Shown: positions 27,600 to 38,372 of the stretch, in pieces
Position numbering within the stretch: position 1 is the first letter of the stretch
How the letters are laid out: every line of letters starts with the position of its first letter
DNA from: an uncultured Clostridiaceae bacterium
Lineage (GTDB): Bacteria > Bacillota > Clostridia > TANB77 > CAG-508
Assembly (NCBI GenBank): GCA_949927585.1
Contig: CATLFA010000005.1
Location: 2,319 to 66,318 of the forward strand
Direction of reading: 5' to 3'
Length of the DNA stretch: 64,000 nt
Notes under the pieces: model-generated
Databases searched by the model: none
Told to the model about the DNA's origin: nothing
What the model saw: only the letters and a program-made list of their open reading frames with translations
Made by a program: the position numbers and the translations under genes

Positions 27600-27632
27600 A
27601 AAAAACAAAAAATATACAAGGCATTCTTGTAC
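27600..27632 (-). terminator. terminator downstream of yqeY
   Basis: On the minus strand the stem TACAAG-gaatgc-CTTGTA is followed by a T-rich run. Confidence 0.5.
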
Positions 27633-27749
27633 ATTTTTTTATTTTTTATACTTTATAATATTAATACCTCTCATATAAAATAGCATGACATTATCTATAT
27701 CATATAGAGTAGTTAGAGGGTGGTTTAATTAATACTCTATTAATAGCTT

Positions 27750-28190
27750 CTAATTTAATTTACTTTTAACTATTTCATTTATTATTTTTCCTTCTGCTGA
27801 TGCTCCTACTTTTTCTTTTACAGATTTCATAACTGCTCCCATTTCTTTCATTGTTGTAGCACCTACTTGTGTTATTACTTCTTCTATTATTTTTTCTAAT
27901 TCTTCTCTTGAAAGTGGTTTTGGTAGGTATTCAGCTAATATTTCTATTTCTTCATTAATTTGTTTAATTAACTGTTCTCTTCCACTTTTTTCATAATCCG
28001 CTAATGAATCTTTTCTCTTTTTAGATTCTTTTGCTATTACATCTATTATTTGCTCATCTGTAAGTTCTATTTGTTTGTCCTTTTCTACTTGTAATATAGC
28101 TGCTCTTACCATTTGAATTACATTTTTTCTAACTACGTTTTTGTCTCTCATTGATACTTTCATATCTTCTAATAATTTTTCTTTTAACAT
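27750..28190 (-). CDS. yqeY: GatB/YqeY-domain protein
   Basis: 146 aa with family-typical sequence (MLKEKLLEDMKVSMRDKN...LPKPLSREELEKII). Its position downstream of rpsU matches other Firmicutes. Confidence 0.8.
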   Translation of the reverse strand: MLKEKLLEDMKVSMRDKNVVRKNVIQMVRAAILQVEKDKQIELTDEQIIDVIAKESKKRKDSLADYEKSGREQLIKQINEEIEILAEYLPKPLSREELEKIIEEVITQVGATTMKEMGAVMKSVKEKVGASAEGKIINEIVKSKLN

Positions 28191-28220
28191 TTATCTTTTC
28201 CTCCTTCATGTAAAGTGTGC

Positions 28221-28266
28221 ACTATTCACTGTTCACTCTTCACTCTTCATTATTCACTTTTCATTT
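28221..28266. repeat. heptanucleotide repeats (CACTNTT)n in the yqeY leader, module H3
   Basis: The array reads CACTATT CACTGTT CACTCTT CACTCTT CATTATT CACTTTT. It is followed by TTCTTCGAAG and a G/C-rich hairpin GGGTCG...CGACCC. Confidence 0.6.
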
Positions 28267-28371
28267 AAGTCTTTTCTTCGAAGTGCGGGTCGTCGATGAC
28301 TGCGACCCCTACAATAAAAGGTTGAAAATTATTGTTTTTTCTAACCTATAACTTTCAACCTCTACTTTTTA

Positions 28372-28542
28372 TTAAAATTTTCTTTTTCTTGCTGCCTCTG
28401 ATTTCTTCTTTCTTCTTACACTAGGTTTTTCATAATGTTCTCTTTTACGAACTTCTTGAATAACACCATTTCTAGCGCATTGTCTTTTAAACCTTTTTAA
28501 GGCTTCTTCTATATTTCCATTATTTACTCTTACTTCTGACAT
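28372..28542 (-). CDS. rpsU: 30S ribosomal protein S21 (56 aa; too short for the ORF track)
   Basis: Hand translation gives [65 protein letters not shown] is present. Confidence 0.9.
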   Translation of the reverse strand: MSEVRVNNGNIEEALKRFKRQCARNGVIQEVRKREHYEKPSVRRKKKSEAARKRKF

Positions 28543-28625
28543 TAATATTCCCCTCCTTCCAGTATTAACACTTTTATTCGTGTGGGATTTATTTAATGTG
28601 CAATTATTGTACTTGCACGGTTTGT

Positions 28626-28655
28626 ATTATATATTATGTTGGTATTATTTGTCAA
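28626..28655 (-). promoter_or_regulatory. candidate sigma-A promoter of rpsU
   Basis: On the minus strand TTGACA (28655-28650) is followed by an ~18-nt spacer and TATAAT (28631-28626). Confidence 0.4.
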
Positions 28656-28863
28656 TACCAACACTAAAAAAATATACAAAATTTTGAACAGGAATACTTT
28701 TACCAGTATTTTTATAAAGTTCTATTAAAGCATATGTAATAAGTAATAACTGCTCTTTTCGCTTGTTCCATAATTACTTTATAATGGATATATTAAAATT
28801 TGTAATTTTTTAATTATATCTTGTTCACTTATTCTTTTTACGCTTATCTTTTTATTTATATTA

Positions 28864-29857
28864 CTAAATTTCTATCTTCTCTAGTTTTATTTGACCCTTC
28901 ATTAACTTTGGAAGTATTGTATTTTGTAGTTGTTCCAAAATATGATTTTCTTTTTTATTTTCTTCTATCTTTGAAAGTAAACTAATAAAACTTTGTTGTT
29001 CTTCTATGTCTATTTCAGGTATTTCTAAACTATTAACAAATACTTTATCAGTATGAGGTATTGCAGATCCTGTATTTTTACTTTTTATTAATTCACTATA
29101 TTTTTTTAAACAAAAGTAAATATATTCTTTATTGAAGCTTTTAGTAATTATATCTATTCTAGCAAGTGTAGAGCCCACCACTCCATAATGACTATAATAA
29201 ATATCTCCACTACTTGCACCATCCATTACCATTAATATATGTTTATCAGCAGTTATCATTTTATCAACATCTGCATAATTTAATTCTTTATTATTTAAAC
29301 AAGCGATTGTTAAATATTTTTCATAATCTTTCTGTTTTACATTAGTAATACTTTTTGGCTTTTTCCCTTTTGTAAACTTAATAACATTTTTAAGCGAAAT
29401 TCTATTACGTTCTTTAGCAAAATACTTATTTACTAATAAAAGTCCTATTTCTAACAAGTTTTTATTTATTTGATTATTTAATTCTATTTTCTCATCTATC
29501 TTTCTTAATATTGTTGAAATTTTAACTTGCTTTTCATAATTTGGTACATTTATATCTATTTCTTTTAAAATATTTTGTGTAATAAGTGGTTGCGCTGCAC
29601 CAATGTGTGATTTATTCAGATTCATACTTTTTATTAACTTTACCAAGAATGGCATTATCTGAAATCCAACATTTAGAATCACACTTATAAACACATCCAC
29701 AATAAGCTCCAACTCTTCCAATAATTATGTTGTTTTTCTCTGCATTATAAAAATTTGTGTATCCTAATACACCATTTCCTCCATAAACAGGATTATTACC
29801 ATTTTCTTTTGGCCTTTTCTTTCCATTACTAAACTTCATAAAGTTTTCTAATCTCAT
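28864..29857 (-). pseudogene. degenerate type I specificity subunit (hsdS-like), N-terminally short and frameshifted
   Basis: ORFs 29612..29857 and 28864..29721 overlap in +1 relation. They carry the conserved IELNNQINKNL centre and the ILPKLMKGQIKLEKIEI tail. The break lies around 29650-29660 and involves neither a CGG nor a homopolymer. Confidence 0.7.
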
Positions 29858-29963
29858 ATCCTTAACCTATGCACTTTCTATGTTATATTTATATATAAGT
29901 ATTTTTACTATCTATATGATTTTTATTTTATGAATACAAATTGTTACTCAATATATTTTATTT

Positions 29964-30100
29964 TAAATTTCATACCCTATTGCTTATAATACCTTTTTTA
30001 TTTCTTCATCTAACTTATGTCCTTCTTTAAATTGTTCTTTCAATTGGATTATTAATATTTTTATTTTTTCTTCAAAAGGCATTCCATCTTCTAAATAGAA
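29964..30100 (-). pseudogene. relic copy of the hsdM 3' end (~135 bp) with an internal stop
   Basis: The segment is near-identical in layout to 31272-31410 (CATACCCTATTGC...TTCTTCAAAAGG.ATGCCATCTTC). It translates as ...[34 protein letters not shown]. Confidence 0.7.
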
Positions 30101-30124
30101 TATTTTTTTATCGTAACTTTCTGG

Positions 30125-31282
30125 TTAAATTTCTATATTTTCCAGGTTTATTTCGCCATTCATTAACTTTGGAAGTAGTGTATTTTTTAATTGTTCTAAA
30201 GTCTCATTTTCTAATTGATTTAACTTTATTTTTTCAAACATTTTATTTACAATATTATGAAATTCCATTATTTTGTCTGATGGTAAATATGGAACTTCAA
30301 TATTTCCAAATGTATTTTTATTTATATTATAAGTTGTACTTCCACTTGCAATATTCTTCATAAAACTTTCCTGTTCAGATAAAAATTCAAATAAGTAATA
30401 TAAATCATATTCATTATTTAAAACAATTGAATTTATCTGTTGATTAGTCTGAGCGCGTTCAGTACTTATACTTACTAATCCCACAGTTGCAATACATGAT
30501 ACTAATATTGAGTATTTAGGTATAACTGCTTTAGCACTGACTTCGTTTATCTTTCTTGCAGTGTTTATTGTAAAAATTTGATTATGCATATCTGGAATTG
30601 TTATAAATGGTATATTACCTTTCCAAAACTCTTCATTTTTTGTAGATGGTGTCTTTCCTGTAACTACTTTACTAGCTATTTCTATAATCTTTTTATTTTC
30701 TATTAGTTCCAAGTGTTTATTTAAATAATCATGATATGTTGCATTACACATTTTAAATAAATTATCTTTTATTTGATTATTTAATTCTATTTTTTTATCT
30801 ATACTTTTTAATATATAAGTTATCTTTTTTTGGTTTTCAATACTTGGTAAATAAATATTCTTTTCTAATAAAATTTCTTTATTAATTCTTTGATGACTAT
30901 TTGAAGTTCCTGTTGAGTTTTCTATCAATCCTTTATTAAATCCGTCTGAAATTAATAAGTAGTATAGATAGTCATTAAGTATTATTTTTTGGTTTGCTAC
31001 AAGTGGAATGAACTCCATTGAACAAATACTATTGCTATTTATAGAAGTTAAATTCCATATTCTCTTAAACCTTATATTTAATTTATTAAATAATATTGCT
31101 TGTCTATCTATAATAAGTTTACTACTGTTTATTTGTTCACCTTTGCATATTTCAGGAGTTTTGTTATTGTCGAATGCTGGCAAACTATATAAGCTAAAAT
31201 TTGTATTTTTATTTTTCTGTGGATTTATTATTTTATTAAGAACATCTACAATATCCCTTAATTTGTATTCTTTAAATTCCAT
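30125..31282 (-). CDS. hsdS: type I restriction-modification specificity subunit
   Basis: 385 aa with two target-recognition halves separated by [13 protein letters not shown], ending [17 protein letters not shown]. The start overlaps the hsdM stop. Confidence 0.85.
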   Translation of the reverse strand: MEFKEYKLRDIVDVLNKIINPQKNKNTNFSLYSLPAFDNNKTPEICKGEQINSSKLIIDRQAILFNKLNIRFKRIWNLTSINSNSICSMEFIPLVANQKIILNDYLYYLLISDGFNKGLIENSTGTSNSHQRINKEILLEKNIYLPSIENQKKITYILKSIDKKIELNNQIKDNLFKMCNATYHDYLNKHLELIENKKIIEIASKVVTGKTPSTKNEEFWKGNIPFITIPDMHNQIFTINTARKINEVSAKAVIPKYSILVSCIATVGLVSISTERAQTNQQINSIVLNNEYDLYYLFEFLSEQESFMKNIASGSTTYNINKNTFGNIEVPYLPSDKIMEFHNIVNKMFEKIKLNQLENETLEQLKNTLLPKLMNGEINLENIEI

Positions 31283-32792
31283 ACCCTATTGCTCCTAATA
31301 CCTTTTTTATCTCTTCATCTAACTTCTGGCCTTGTTCAAATTGTTCTTTCAATTGGCTTGTTAATATTTTCATTTTTTCTTCAAAAGGTATGCCATCTTC
31401 TTCTATTTCCTCTGTTCCTACATATCTTCCTGGTGTTAACACATAATTATTTGCTTCTACTTCTTCCTTGTTTGCACTTTTACAAAATCCTGCTACATCT
31501 TCATAATTTTTATTTTCTTTCCAATTATGATATGTTTCTGCTATTTTTTGTATATCTTCTTCTGATAGTTCTTTTACTTTCCTATCTATCATATGTCCAA
31601 GATTTCTTGCATCTATAAATAATATTTTATTTTCTGTATTTTCATTTTTAGTTTTTCTCATTATCCATAAACAACATGGTATTCCTGTTGCATAAAATAA
31701 TTGACTTGGCATTGCTACTATTGCATCTATTACATCTTCTTCTATCATTTGTTTTCTAATGTTTCCTTCATTTGATGTTTCACTTGATAATGAACCATTT
31801 GCTAGTACTGTTCCTGCAACTCCATTTTCTGGTGATAAATGAAATAACATATGTTGTAGCCACGCATAGTTTGCGTTTCCTGTTGGTGGTACTCCATATT
31901 TCCAACGCATATCTTCCTTTAGTCTATCTCCTCCCCAATCTGATATGTTGAATGGCGGATTTGCTAATATATAGTCTGCTTTTAAGGTTTTGTGTAAATC
32001 TTCATGGAATGTGTCTGCATTATGGCTTCCTAGATTACCATCTATTCTTCTTATTGCTAAATTCATTTTCGCTAGTTTCCATGTTGTTGGGTTTCTTTCT
32101 TGCCCAAATACTGATACATCATTAATACTTCCTCTATGTTCTTTTATAAATTTTGATGATTGTACAAACATTCCTCCTGAACCACAACAAGGGTCATATA
32201 CTCTTCCTTTATAGGGCTCTATCATTTCTACTAGTGTTTTTACTATACATGTTGGGGTATAGAATTCTCCTCCTCCTTTTCCTTCTGCTGAAGCAAATTT
32301 GCTTAGGAAATATTCATATACTCTGCCTAGCATGTCCATTTCTTTTGCTTTATTGGTTCCTATTTCTATATTTGTAAATAAGGTAACTAGCTCCCCTAAA
32401 GTTGTTTTTTCTAGTTCTGGTCTTGAGTAATTTTTATTTAGTACCCCTTTTAAGGATGGATTTTCTTTTTCTATTGATTCCATTGCATTATCTATTACTT
32501 GCCCTATTTCTGGTGTGTTTGCATATCTTAATATTTCATTCCATCTTGCTATTTTTGGTACCCAGAATATATTTTCTGACATATATTCGTCTTTATCTTC
32601 CTCATCCGCGTATTTATCTTTTAATAATTCTTGATATTTTGTTTCAAATGCATCAGATACATATTTTAGAAATATAAGTCCTAAAACTACATGTTTATAT
32701 TCGCTTGAGTCCATACTTCCTCTTAATTTATCTGCCGCTTGCCATAATTTATCTTCATATCCTAGCATAGTGCTACTTTCATTTTTTGACAT
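31272..32792 (-). CDS. hsdM: type I restriction-modification DNA methyltransferase subunit
   Basis: It has the N-terminal HsdM domain ([10 protein letters not shown]), the AdoMet motif [12 protein letters not shown] and the catalytic NPPF (ILANPPFN). GGAGG precedes the ATG at 32792. Confidence 0.9.
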   Translation of the reverse strand: MSKNESSTMLGYEDKLWQAADKLRGSMDSSEYKHVVLGLIFLKYVSDAFETKYQELLKDKYADEEDKDEYMSENIFWVPKIARWNEILRYANTPEIGQVIDNAMESIEKENPSLKGVLNKNYSRPELEKTTLGELVTLFTNIEIGTNKAKEMDMLGRVYEYFLSKFASAEGKGGGEFYTPTCIVKTLVEMIEPYKGRVYDPCCGSGGMFVQSSKFIKEHRGSINDVSVFGQERNPTTWKLAKMNLAIRRIDGNLGSHNADTFHEDLHKTLKADYILANPPFNISDWGGDRLKEDMRWKYGVPPTGNANYAWLQHMLFHLSPENGVAGTVLANGSLSSETSNEGNIRKQMIEEDVIDAIVAMPSQLFYATGIPCCLWIMRKTKNENTENKILFIDARNLGHMIDRKVKELSEEDIQKIAETYHNWKENKNYEDVAGFCKSANKEEVEANNYVLTPGRYVGTEEIEEDGIPFEEKMKILTSQLKEQFEQGQKLDEEIKKVLGAIGYGI

Positions 32793-32908
32793 ATTTTCCT
32801 CCAATTTTTATTTTTCCATTTGTAATATATCATAAAACTTACTTTTCCTCAATAAATTTCGTAATATTTTTATATTAAGTATGAAATAAATCTATAAATA
32901 ACAAAAAA

Positions 32909-32960
32909 AGGGCATAATTTGGTAAATTCTCTTTGGTATTTCTTACCGATTAAACCCTTA
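32909..32960 (+). repeat. 'R' element copy R2
   Basis: The sequence is AGGGCATAATTTGGTAAATTCTCTTTGGTATTTCTTACCGATTAAACCCTTA. It lies ~120 nt upstream of hsdM. Confidence 0.7.
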
Positions 32961-33077
32961 TATTTTAACTTGAAATAGCATACTTTCCTAGAATAAAAAA
33001 AATCTTCTAAAAGGGATAATGTGTACTTTATCTTTTAAATATGTGTCAATTTCCCTTATCCCTTTTATGAGACTTTT

Positions 33078-34136
33078 TTATTTACTTACTTTTTCTGCAT
33101 AAGAATTGTTTACTATTTTATCAAATGGTGCTTTTTGACTTAATTCTCCTGCTTCTTGCATTACTTTTTGTAGTAATTCAAATGATTCTTCTTTCATTGT
33201 TGGAACTGTTTTCCATGCGTCTATGTCTTTATAGCTTTGTAATACTGTTGCTAGTAAGTCTACATCTGTGTCTGGAAAGAAGTCTTTTATTACTTCGGCT
33301 ACTTCTTTCATTGTGTGTTCTTCTACGAATTTTTGACCTTTATATATCGCATTTGTGAACTTTTGTATTGTATCACTGTTTGCTTCCATATAACTTTTTT
33401 TAGCGAAGTATGCTGTGTATGGTATTTCTCCTGAGGCTTCTCCTACTGAGGCTACTACATAGCCTTTTCCTGCATTTGCTGTCATTGTTGCTGTTGGCTC
33501 AAATAACGTTACATAATCTGCTGTTCCGCCTGAAAATGCTCCTGCCATTAAGTCGAATTTTATGCTGTCATCTAATATTAAGTCTTTTTGTGGGTCTATT
33601 CCATTTAATTTTAGTACATATTCAAATGTCATATATGGAACTCCACCTTTTCTTCCTGGTATTACTGTTTTGCCTTTTAAGTCTTGCCAACTAAAGTTAT
33701 CTGTGTTTTCCCTTGCTACTAGGAATGAACCATCTTTTTGTGTTAATTGTGCAAAAACTTGGCAATAATCTTCTTTTCCTTCATTATATACGTATATTGA
33801 TGCTTCTGGTCCTGCAAAACCTATGTCACTTTGACCTGATAAAACCGCAGTCATTACTTTATCTGCACCTTGACCTGTTGTAAGCTCTATTTCTAAGCCT
33901 TCTTCTGCCATGTATCCGTTTGCTATTGCTACATATTGTGGTGCATAGAATACTGATCTTGTAACTTCGTTTACATTAATTTTCTTTAATGTAGCTACAT
34001 TTTCTCCATTATCTTTTGTTGTAAAATAGATAATAGCTCCTGCTACTATTATTATAAGTACAATTATAATTGCTATACTTAAAGTTCTTTTCACTTTTGT
34101 ATTCCCCTTTCCTTTTGGTTTTGATGCTTTTTGCAT
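33078..34136 (-). CDS. ABC transporter substrate-binding protein (NMT1/THI5-like, NitT/TauT family)
   Basis: 352 aa with an N-terminal TM anchor. FYAPQYVAIANGYMAEEGLEIELTTGQGADKVMTAVLSGQSDIGFAG is typical of the family. Confidence 0.7.
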   Translation of the reverse strand: MQKASKPKGKGNTKVKRTLSIAIIIVLIIIVAGAIIYFTTKDNGENVATLKKINVNEVTRSVFYAPQYVAIANGYMAEEGLEIELTTGQGADKVMTAVLSGQSDIGFAGPEASIYVYNEGKEDYCQVFAQLTQKDGSFLVARENTDNFSWQDLKGKTVIPGRKGGVPYMTFEYVLKLNGIDPQKDLILDDSIKFDLMAGAFSGGTADYVTLFEPTATMTANAGKGYVVASVGEASGEIPYTAYFAKKSYMEANSDTIQKFTNAIYKGQKFVEEHTMKEVAEVIKDFFPDTDVDLLATVLQSYKDIDAWKTVPTMKEESFELLQKVMQEAGELSQKAPFDKIVNNSYAEKVSK

Positions 34137-34282
34137 TCTTATATATTGTATTCATTTTAGTTTGTAAAGGTCACTTAATCTTATAATTTATTTGCAAAAT
34201 ATAATTCAACATAATTTTATTGTATTTCACTTGATTTTATGTTATATTACTTGTCAACAATATAATTTTATTATAGGAGGAC

Positions 34283-36115
34283 ATGTTTATGATTACTAAC
34301 TTTATTAAGCAAGTAAAAAGCTTTTATGAAACTGTTTATCACACAAGTTTAAAAGATTTATCTTTAGAAGAATTGCAAGCTTTTCAGGCTCAGATGGAAT
34401 GTTTTTATGCTAATCCATTACTTAATTTAAACAAATCTGATAACGATAAATTCTATTCTCTTTTAGCTAATGACATTTTATATTATTACTATTTCTTTTG
34501 TGTAAAAGATGACATATGTGATGATATTTTAGCACTTTTAACTCGTTTATCTGAAGCAAAAGATATTAATACTTTAAAGGAAATTACTTTGAAAAGATAT
34601 AATGATGTTTCTATTACCATTAATAGAATTATTAAGAATACTACTGTTACTCAAAATTCAACAAGAAATATAGTATTTAATTCTGATTTAAATTCTTACA
34701 ATTATTTATACTACTATGGCGAAAAGGTTACTAAAAATCATATGCAAATTGTTGATTATTTTAATAGAGTAAGTGAAGATAAAATTACTTCTATTGCTAA
34801 GTGTACAGCCGATTCTTTCTTAAGAGGTTTAGAAAAACTTGGTAAAGGTGGAGTAGATATTTCTAAGAAGACCTATGTTTGTTTATTCTACCCTATGGGA
34901 TTTGAGAAGGTTGCTAAGAAGCTTTGTGAATTATTAGAAGGAAAATTGGATGTTATACTTAGATTATATGACAATTCTGAATTTGATAAGCAATTGAATT
35001 ATAACCACAGATATGATTACAATTTCTATCTTTCAGATGAATACATTAATAATTATCTTTCTTATTTTGAAACAGCTCTAAAAGAAAATGCAGATACTTT
35101 TTTTAAATATGCTGGTCCTATTTATATAGAGACCTTTGGAGAAGAAAGATTCGTACCTGAAAACGGATTTGAGATATATGAAAAAGATAAAGAACTTTCT
35201 GAATTAAATAGTTCTTTTGGTACGAAATATTCTGTTTTGTATATGAACCATATTAGAAAAGATACTTCTTTTACAATTATTTCTTACCCTTGCCCTGAAA
35301 TTGGCAAAGACTTTGAAAGCATATTTGATGACACTATAAAAATTAATACTCTTGATAATAAGAAGTATGAGAATATACAGCAAAAAATTATTGATGTTCT
35401 TGATAAATCTGATACAGTTCATGTTACAGGTAGAAATGGTAACAAAACTGATTTAGTAGTTTCACTTGCAAAACTTAGTGATGCCAATACGCAAACAAAG
35501 TTTGAAAATTGCACAGCAGATGTAAATGTTCCTGTCGGTGAAGTTTTCACTTCTCCTGTTCTTAAAGGTACAAATGGAACACTTCATGTTTCTGAAATTT
35601 ACCTTAATGGTTGGAAGTTTATCGACTTATGCTTAGTAATTGAAAATGGCTTTATTAAAGAGTATAGTTGTAAAAATTATCCTACCCAAAAAGAAAATGC
35701 TGAATATATTAATGAACATTTGCTTTATGACCATAAGACCCTACCTATGGGCGAATTTGCAATTGGTACAAATACTACTGCTTATGTAATGGGTAATAAG
35801 TACCAAATTAATGATAAGCTTGATATTCTTATAGCTGAAAAAACTGGTCCACATTTTGCATTTGGTGATACTTGCTATTCTATGGATGAAGAAACAAAGG
35901 TATTTAACCCTGATGGCAAAGAAGTTGTGGCTAAGGATAATGAAGTTTCTATTAAAAGAGCTGAAGATTCATATTTTGGATGTCATACAGATGTTACTAT
36001 TCCATACTACGAATTAGGTGATATTGTAGCTATTGGTGATAGTGAAGTTGCCATTATTAGAGATGGTAAGTTTGTTCTTGAAGGAACAGCACAATTAAAT
36101 ATTGAAGGAATGTAA
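34283..36115 (+). CDS. M29 (PepS/AmpS)-like aminopeptidase with a long N-terminal extension
   Basis: The C-terminal GEFAIGTNT...GPHFAFGDTCY...CHTDVTIP resembles M29 metal-site motifs. A GGAGG RBS is present. Confidence 0.55.
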   Translation: MFMITNFIKQVKSFYETVYHTSLKDLSLEELQAFQAQMECFYANPLLNLNKSDNDKFYSLLANDILYYYYFFCVKDDICDDILALLTRLSEAKDINTLKEITLKRYNDVSITINRIIKNTTVTQNSTRNIVFNSDLNSYNYLYYYGEKVTKNHMQIVDYFNRVSEDKITSIAKCTADSFLRGLEKLGKGGVDISKKTYVCLFYPMGFEKVAKKLCELLEGKLDVILRLYDNSEFDKQLNYNHRYDYNFYLSDEYINNYLSYFETALKENADTFFKYAGPIYIETFGEERFVPENGFEIYEKDKELSELNSSFGTKYSVLYMNHIRKDTSFTIISYPCPEIGKDFESIFDDTIKINTLDNKKYENIQQKIIDVLDKSDTVHVTGRNGNKTDLVVSLAKLSDANTQTKFENCTADVNVPVGEVFTSPVLKGTNGTLHVSEIYLNGWKFIDLCLVIENGFIKEYSCKNYPTQKENAEYINEHLLYDHKTLPMGEFAIGTNTTAYVMGNKYQINDKLDILIAEKTGPHFAFGDTCYSMDEETKVFNPDGKEVVAKDNEVSIKRAEDSYFGCHTDVTIPYYELGDIVAIGDSEVAIIRDGKFVLEGTAQLNIEGM

Positions 36116-36120
36116 TGTTC

Positions 36121-36152
36121 AAAAAGGACCCACAAATTTGTGGGTCCCTTTT
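36121..36152. terminator. bidirectional terminator
   Basis: AAAAAGGACCCACAAATTTGTGGGTCCCTTTTTG. Confidence 0.75.
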
Positions 36153-36156
36153 TGTT

Positions 36157-37074
36157 TTATTCTTCTGCATCTTCTGTTGGAAGAGCTGGAGCAGTTGATG
36201 TTTCTTCAGATAACTTTAAGTTATCGATAATCTTGTACTCATCGTCAACTATTACCATTGTTCCTTCTGTGAGTGATGCCTTTGTAGCATCTAAGCCTCT
36301 TAGGAACTTATAAAAATCCTTCCGTTCAGGTGAATTATATGCGGCCTGTATAATTTTCATATACTCTGCTTCACCTTCTGCAATTATAGACTTTGCGTCT
36401 TTTTCTGCATTTGACAGTATTACTCTTACCTGATAGTCTACATCATTGCGGATTTGCTGTGCCTGTGACTCTCCTTCTGCCGTGTACTGTGCAGCTATCT
36501 TGTTTCTTTCAGATATCATACGGCTGTATACAGCATCTTTATTATCTGATGGCAAGTCTAAAAGTTTCATTTCCACAGAATTAATTGAAATTCCATATTG
36601 ATCTGCAGAATTCTTTCCGCTTAAATTATCCATTATCTTAATAGAAAGCGTGCCGTCCTTCCCCTGAATAATTTCGTCCTGTTTTGTAGAGGAAATGACG
36701 TTTTTCATAGAATTATATACTAACACATCTATTCTGCTTTCTGCATTGGATGTAGATTTGAGCGTTTGGTAGTACTTTAATGGGTCTTCAATTTGCCATA
36801 TTACATAGCAATCTGCAATCATAGACTTTTTATCTGATGTGATTACATCAGATGACGCCAAGTCATACAATTGCTCTTCTTTTGGTAGTTTCATTACACT
36901 TTGTATAAAGGGCTTTTTAAAGTATAGCCCGGCCTCTGCTTTGGTTTCCACTACCTTACCAAACTCTTTTATAAGTCCGAACTCATTTTCCTTTAAAGTG
37001 TATGCACTGCTTAAAAACAATATAGCTAAAATTACTGTTACTACGGCTGCTACTATTTTTGCTTTTATCTTCAT
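36157..37074 (-). CDS. hflC: SPFH/band-7 protein, HflC-like
   Basis: It has an N-terminal TM and an SPFH domain, with C-terminal AEGEAEYMKIIQAAYNSPERKDFYKFLRGLDA. AGGAGG precedes MKIKAKIV. It is visibly G/C-richer than its surroundings. Confidence 0.7.
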   Translation of the reverse strand: MKIKAKIVAAVVTVILAILFLSSAYTLKENEFGLIKEFGKVVETKAEAGLYFKKPFIQSVMKLPKEEQLYDLASSDVITSDKKSMIADCYVIWQIEDPLKYYQTLKSTSNAESRIDVLVYNSMKNVISSTKQDEIIQGKDGTLSIKIMDNLSGKNSADQYGISINSVEMKLLDLPSDNKDAVYSRMISERNKIAAQYTAEGESQAQQIRNDVDYQVRVILSNAEKDAKSIIAEGEAEYMKIIQAAYNSPERKDFYKFLRGLDATKASLTEGTMVIVDDEYKIIDNLKLSEETSTAPALPTEDAEE

Positions 37075-37075
37075 A

Positions 37076-38182
37076 TTAGTTTTCCTCCTGTTTTGTTGTT
37101 TCCTGCTGAACGATAATAGGCTTAATTTCAGAGTCTGTGCCATTTACTATAATCTGTAAATTTGGCATTAATTCTTCCATTGCTTCATAGTACATTCTTA
37201 TTTTAGAAGTATCTGGGTCTTTCTTATATTCTTCATACATGGCATTAAACAGTGCTACTTCACCATTTGCTTCATTAATTCGCTCCTGCTTAGTAGCATT
37301 TGCCTCTTGAATAATTGCATCTGCTTCTGCTGTTGCTTTTGGTATCTGTTCGTTTTGATACTGTTCGGCATTATTTCTGTTTGTATCTGCCTGCTGTTTA
37401 GCACTTTCAACACTCTTGAAGGCTTGGGAAACTTCGGTTGTAGGCGGTTCTGCATCCTGTATAGTAACATTTACTAACATTAAGCCTGTCTGCCGCTTTT
37501 CTAATTCCTTAATAATGTCTTCTTTTATAACTGCCTGAATTTCGCTCTTTCCGGTTGTAAGAACATCATCTACATTGTAAGAACCTATTGTATTTCTAAT
37601 AGAAGCCTGCGCAATGTTTCTTAATGTTCCTACTGGGTCAGAAGAACCATATTCGTACATTATGGCATCATTGATTCTATATTCTATATAGAAATCAACA
37701 TTAACAAAGTTGAAATCTTTTGTTATCATTAGGCTGTCATTTTCCTGTGTTTCATTATCTTCTTCCTGATAACCAATGGCAAACCCCTGAATAGTGCTGT
37801 CAAATTTCTTTACCTTCTGGATAAATGGAATTTTGAAATGCATTCCTGTTCCAGAAACTGCCTCTGCCTTACCAAAGGTGGTAATAATAGCAAGGTTTTG
37901 CTCTCCAATTACATATATTGAAGATAGAATGGTAGTTATAATGATAAGAACACATATTATAATAGAAACTATTCTTTTTGCTCCATGAGCTTTCTTTTCT
38001 ATTTTTTCCATTTCACTACTTTTTTCTTCATATCTTCCGCATTCATACATATTATATTTACTTCTGTTATTCTTTCTCTCATCGTAATCTAATTTCTTCT
38101 TCCGAGCTTTGCTTATCAGAACTGAAAATACAGTTCTTGAAACTAATAAAGCAATGATTAATAGTACAAATATTACTGTCAT
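37076..38182 (-). CDS. hflK: SPFH/band-7 protein, HflK-like
   Basis: It has a TM followed by an SPFH domain (VIGEQNLAIITTFGKAEAVSGTGMHFKIPFIQ). It overlaps the hflC start. The start could alternatively be the downstream MEKIEKK. Confidence 0.65.
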   Translation of the reverse strand: MTVIFVLLIIALLVSRTVFSVLISKARKKKLDYDERKNNRSKYNMYECGRYEEKSSEMEKIEKKAHGAKRIVSIIICVLIIITTILSSIYVIGEQNLAIITTFGKAEAVSGTGMHFKIPFIQKVKKFDSTIQGFAIGYQEEDNETQENDSLMITKDFNFVNVDFYIEYRINDAIMYEYGSSDPVGTLRNIAQASIRNTIGSYNVDDVLTTGKSEIQAVIKEDIIKELEKRQTGLMLVNVTIQDAEPPTTEVSQAFKSVESAKQQADTNRNNAEQYQNEQIPKATAEADAIIQEANATKQERINEANGEVALFNAMYEEYKKDPDTSKIRMYYEAMEELMPNLQIIVNGTDSEIKPIIVQQETTKQEEN

Positions 38183-38372
38183 AGTTTTTTCTCCTTTTAT
38201 TATGATGCATGGTTTATAGTTGCTTTTTTAAGGAATATTATTTTATATTCCCTTTAATATATCCTCCTTTCGGTATATACGGGTTACATTTTATCATATT
38301 ATGTTAATAATTGCAATATTTTTATGCAACTTTTTATAATTTTCACATATTAATAAATTTTAAAATACATTT

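Noticed and set aside
29612-29721. An A5 run (AATAAAAAG) as the site of the hsdS-like frameshift.
   Set aside because: The FLVKLIKS helix, which parallels YFCLKKYS in the second half, is already in the second frame upstream of the A run. The break therefore lies near 29650-29660, not in the homopolymer.
28864-31282. Phase-variable (invertible) hsdS shufflon.
   Set aside because: The two hsdS copies are in direct, not inverted, orientation and no recombinase gene is adjacent. At most gene conversion or deletion is possible.
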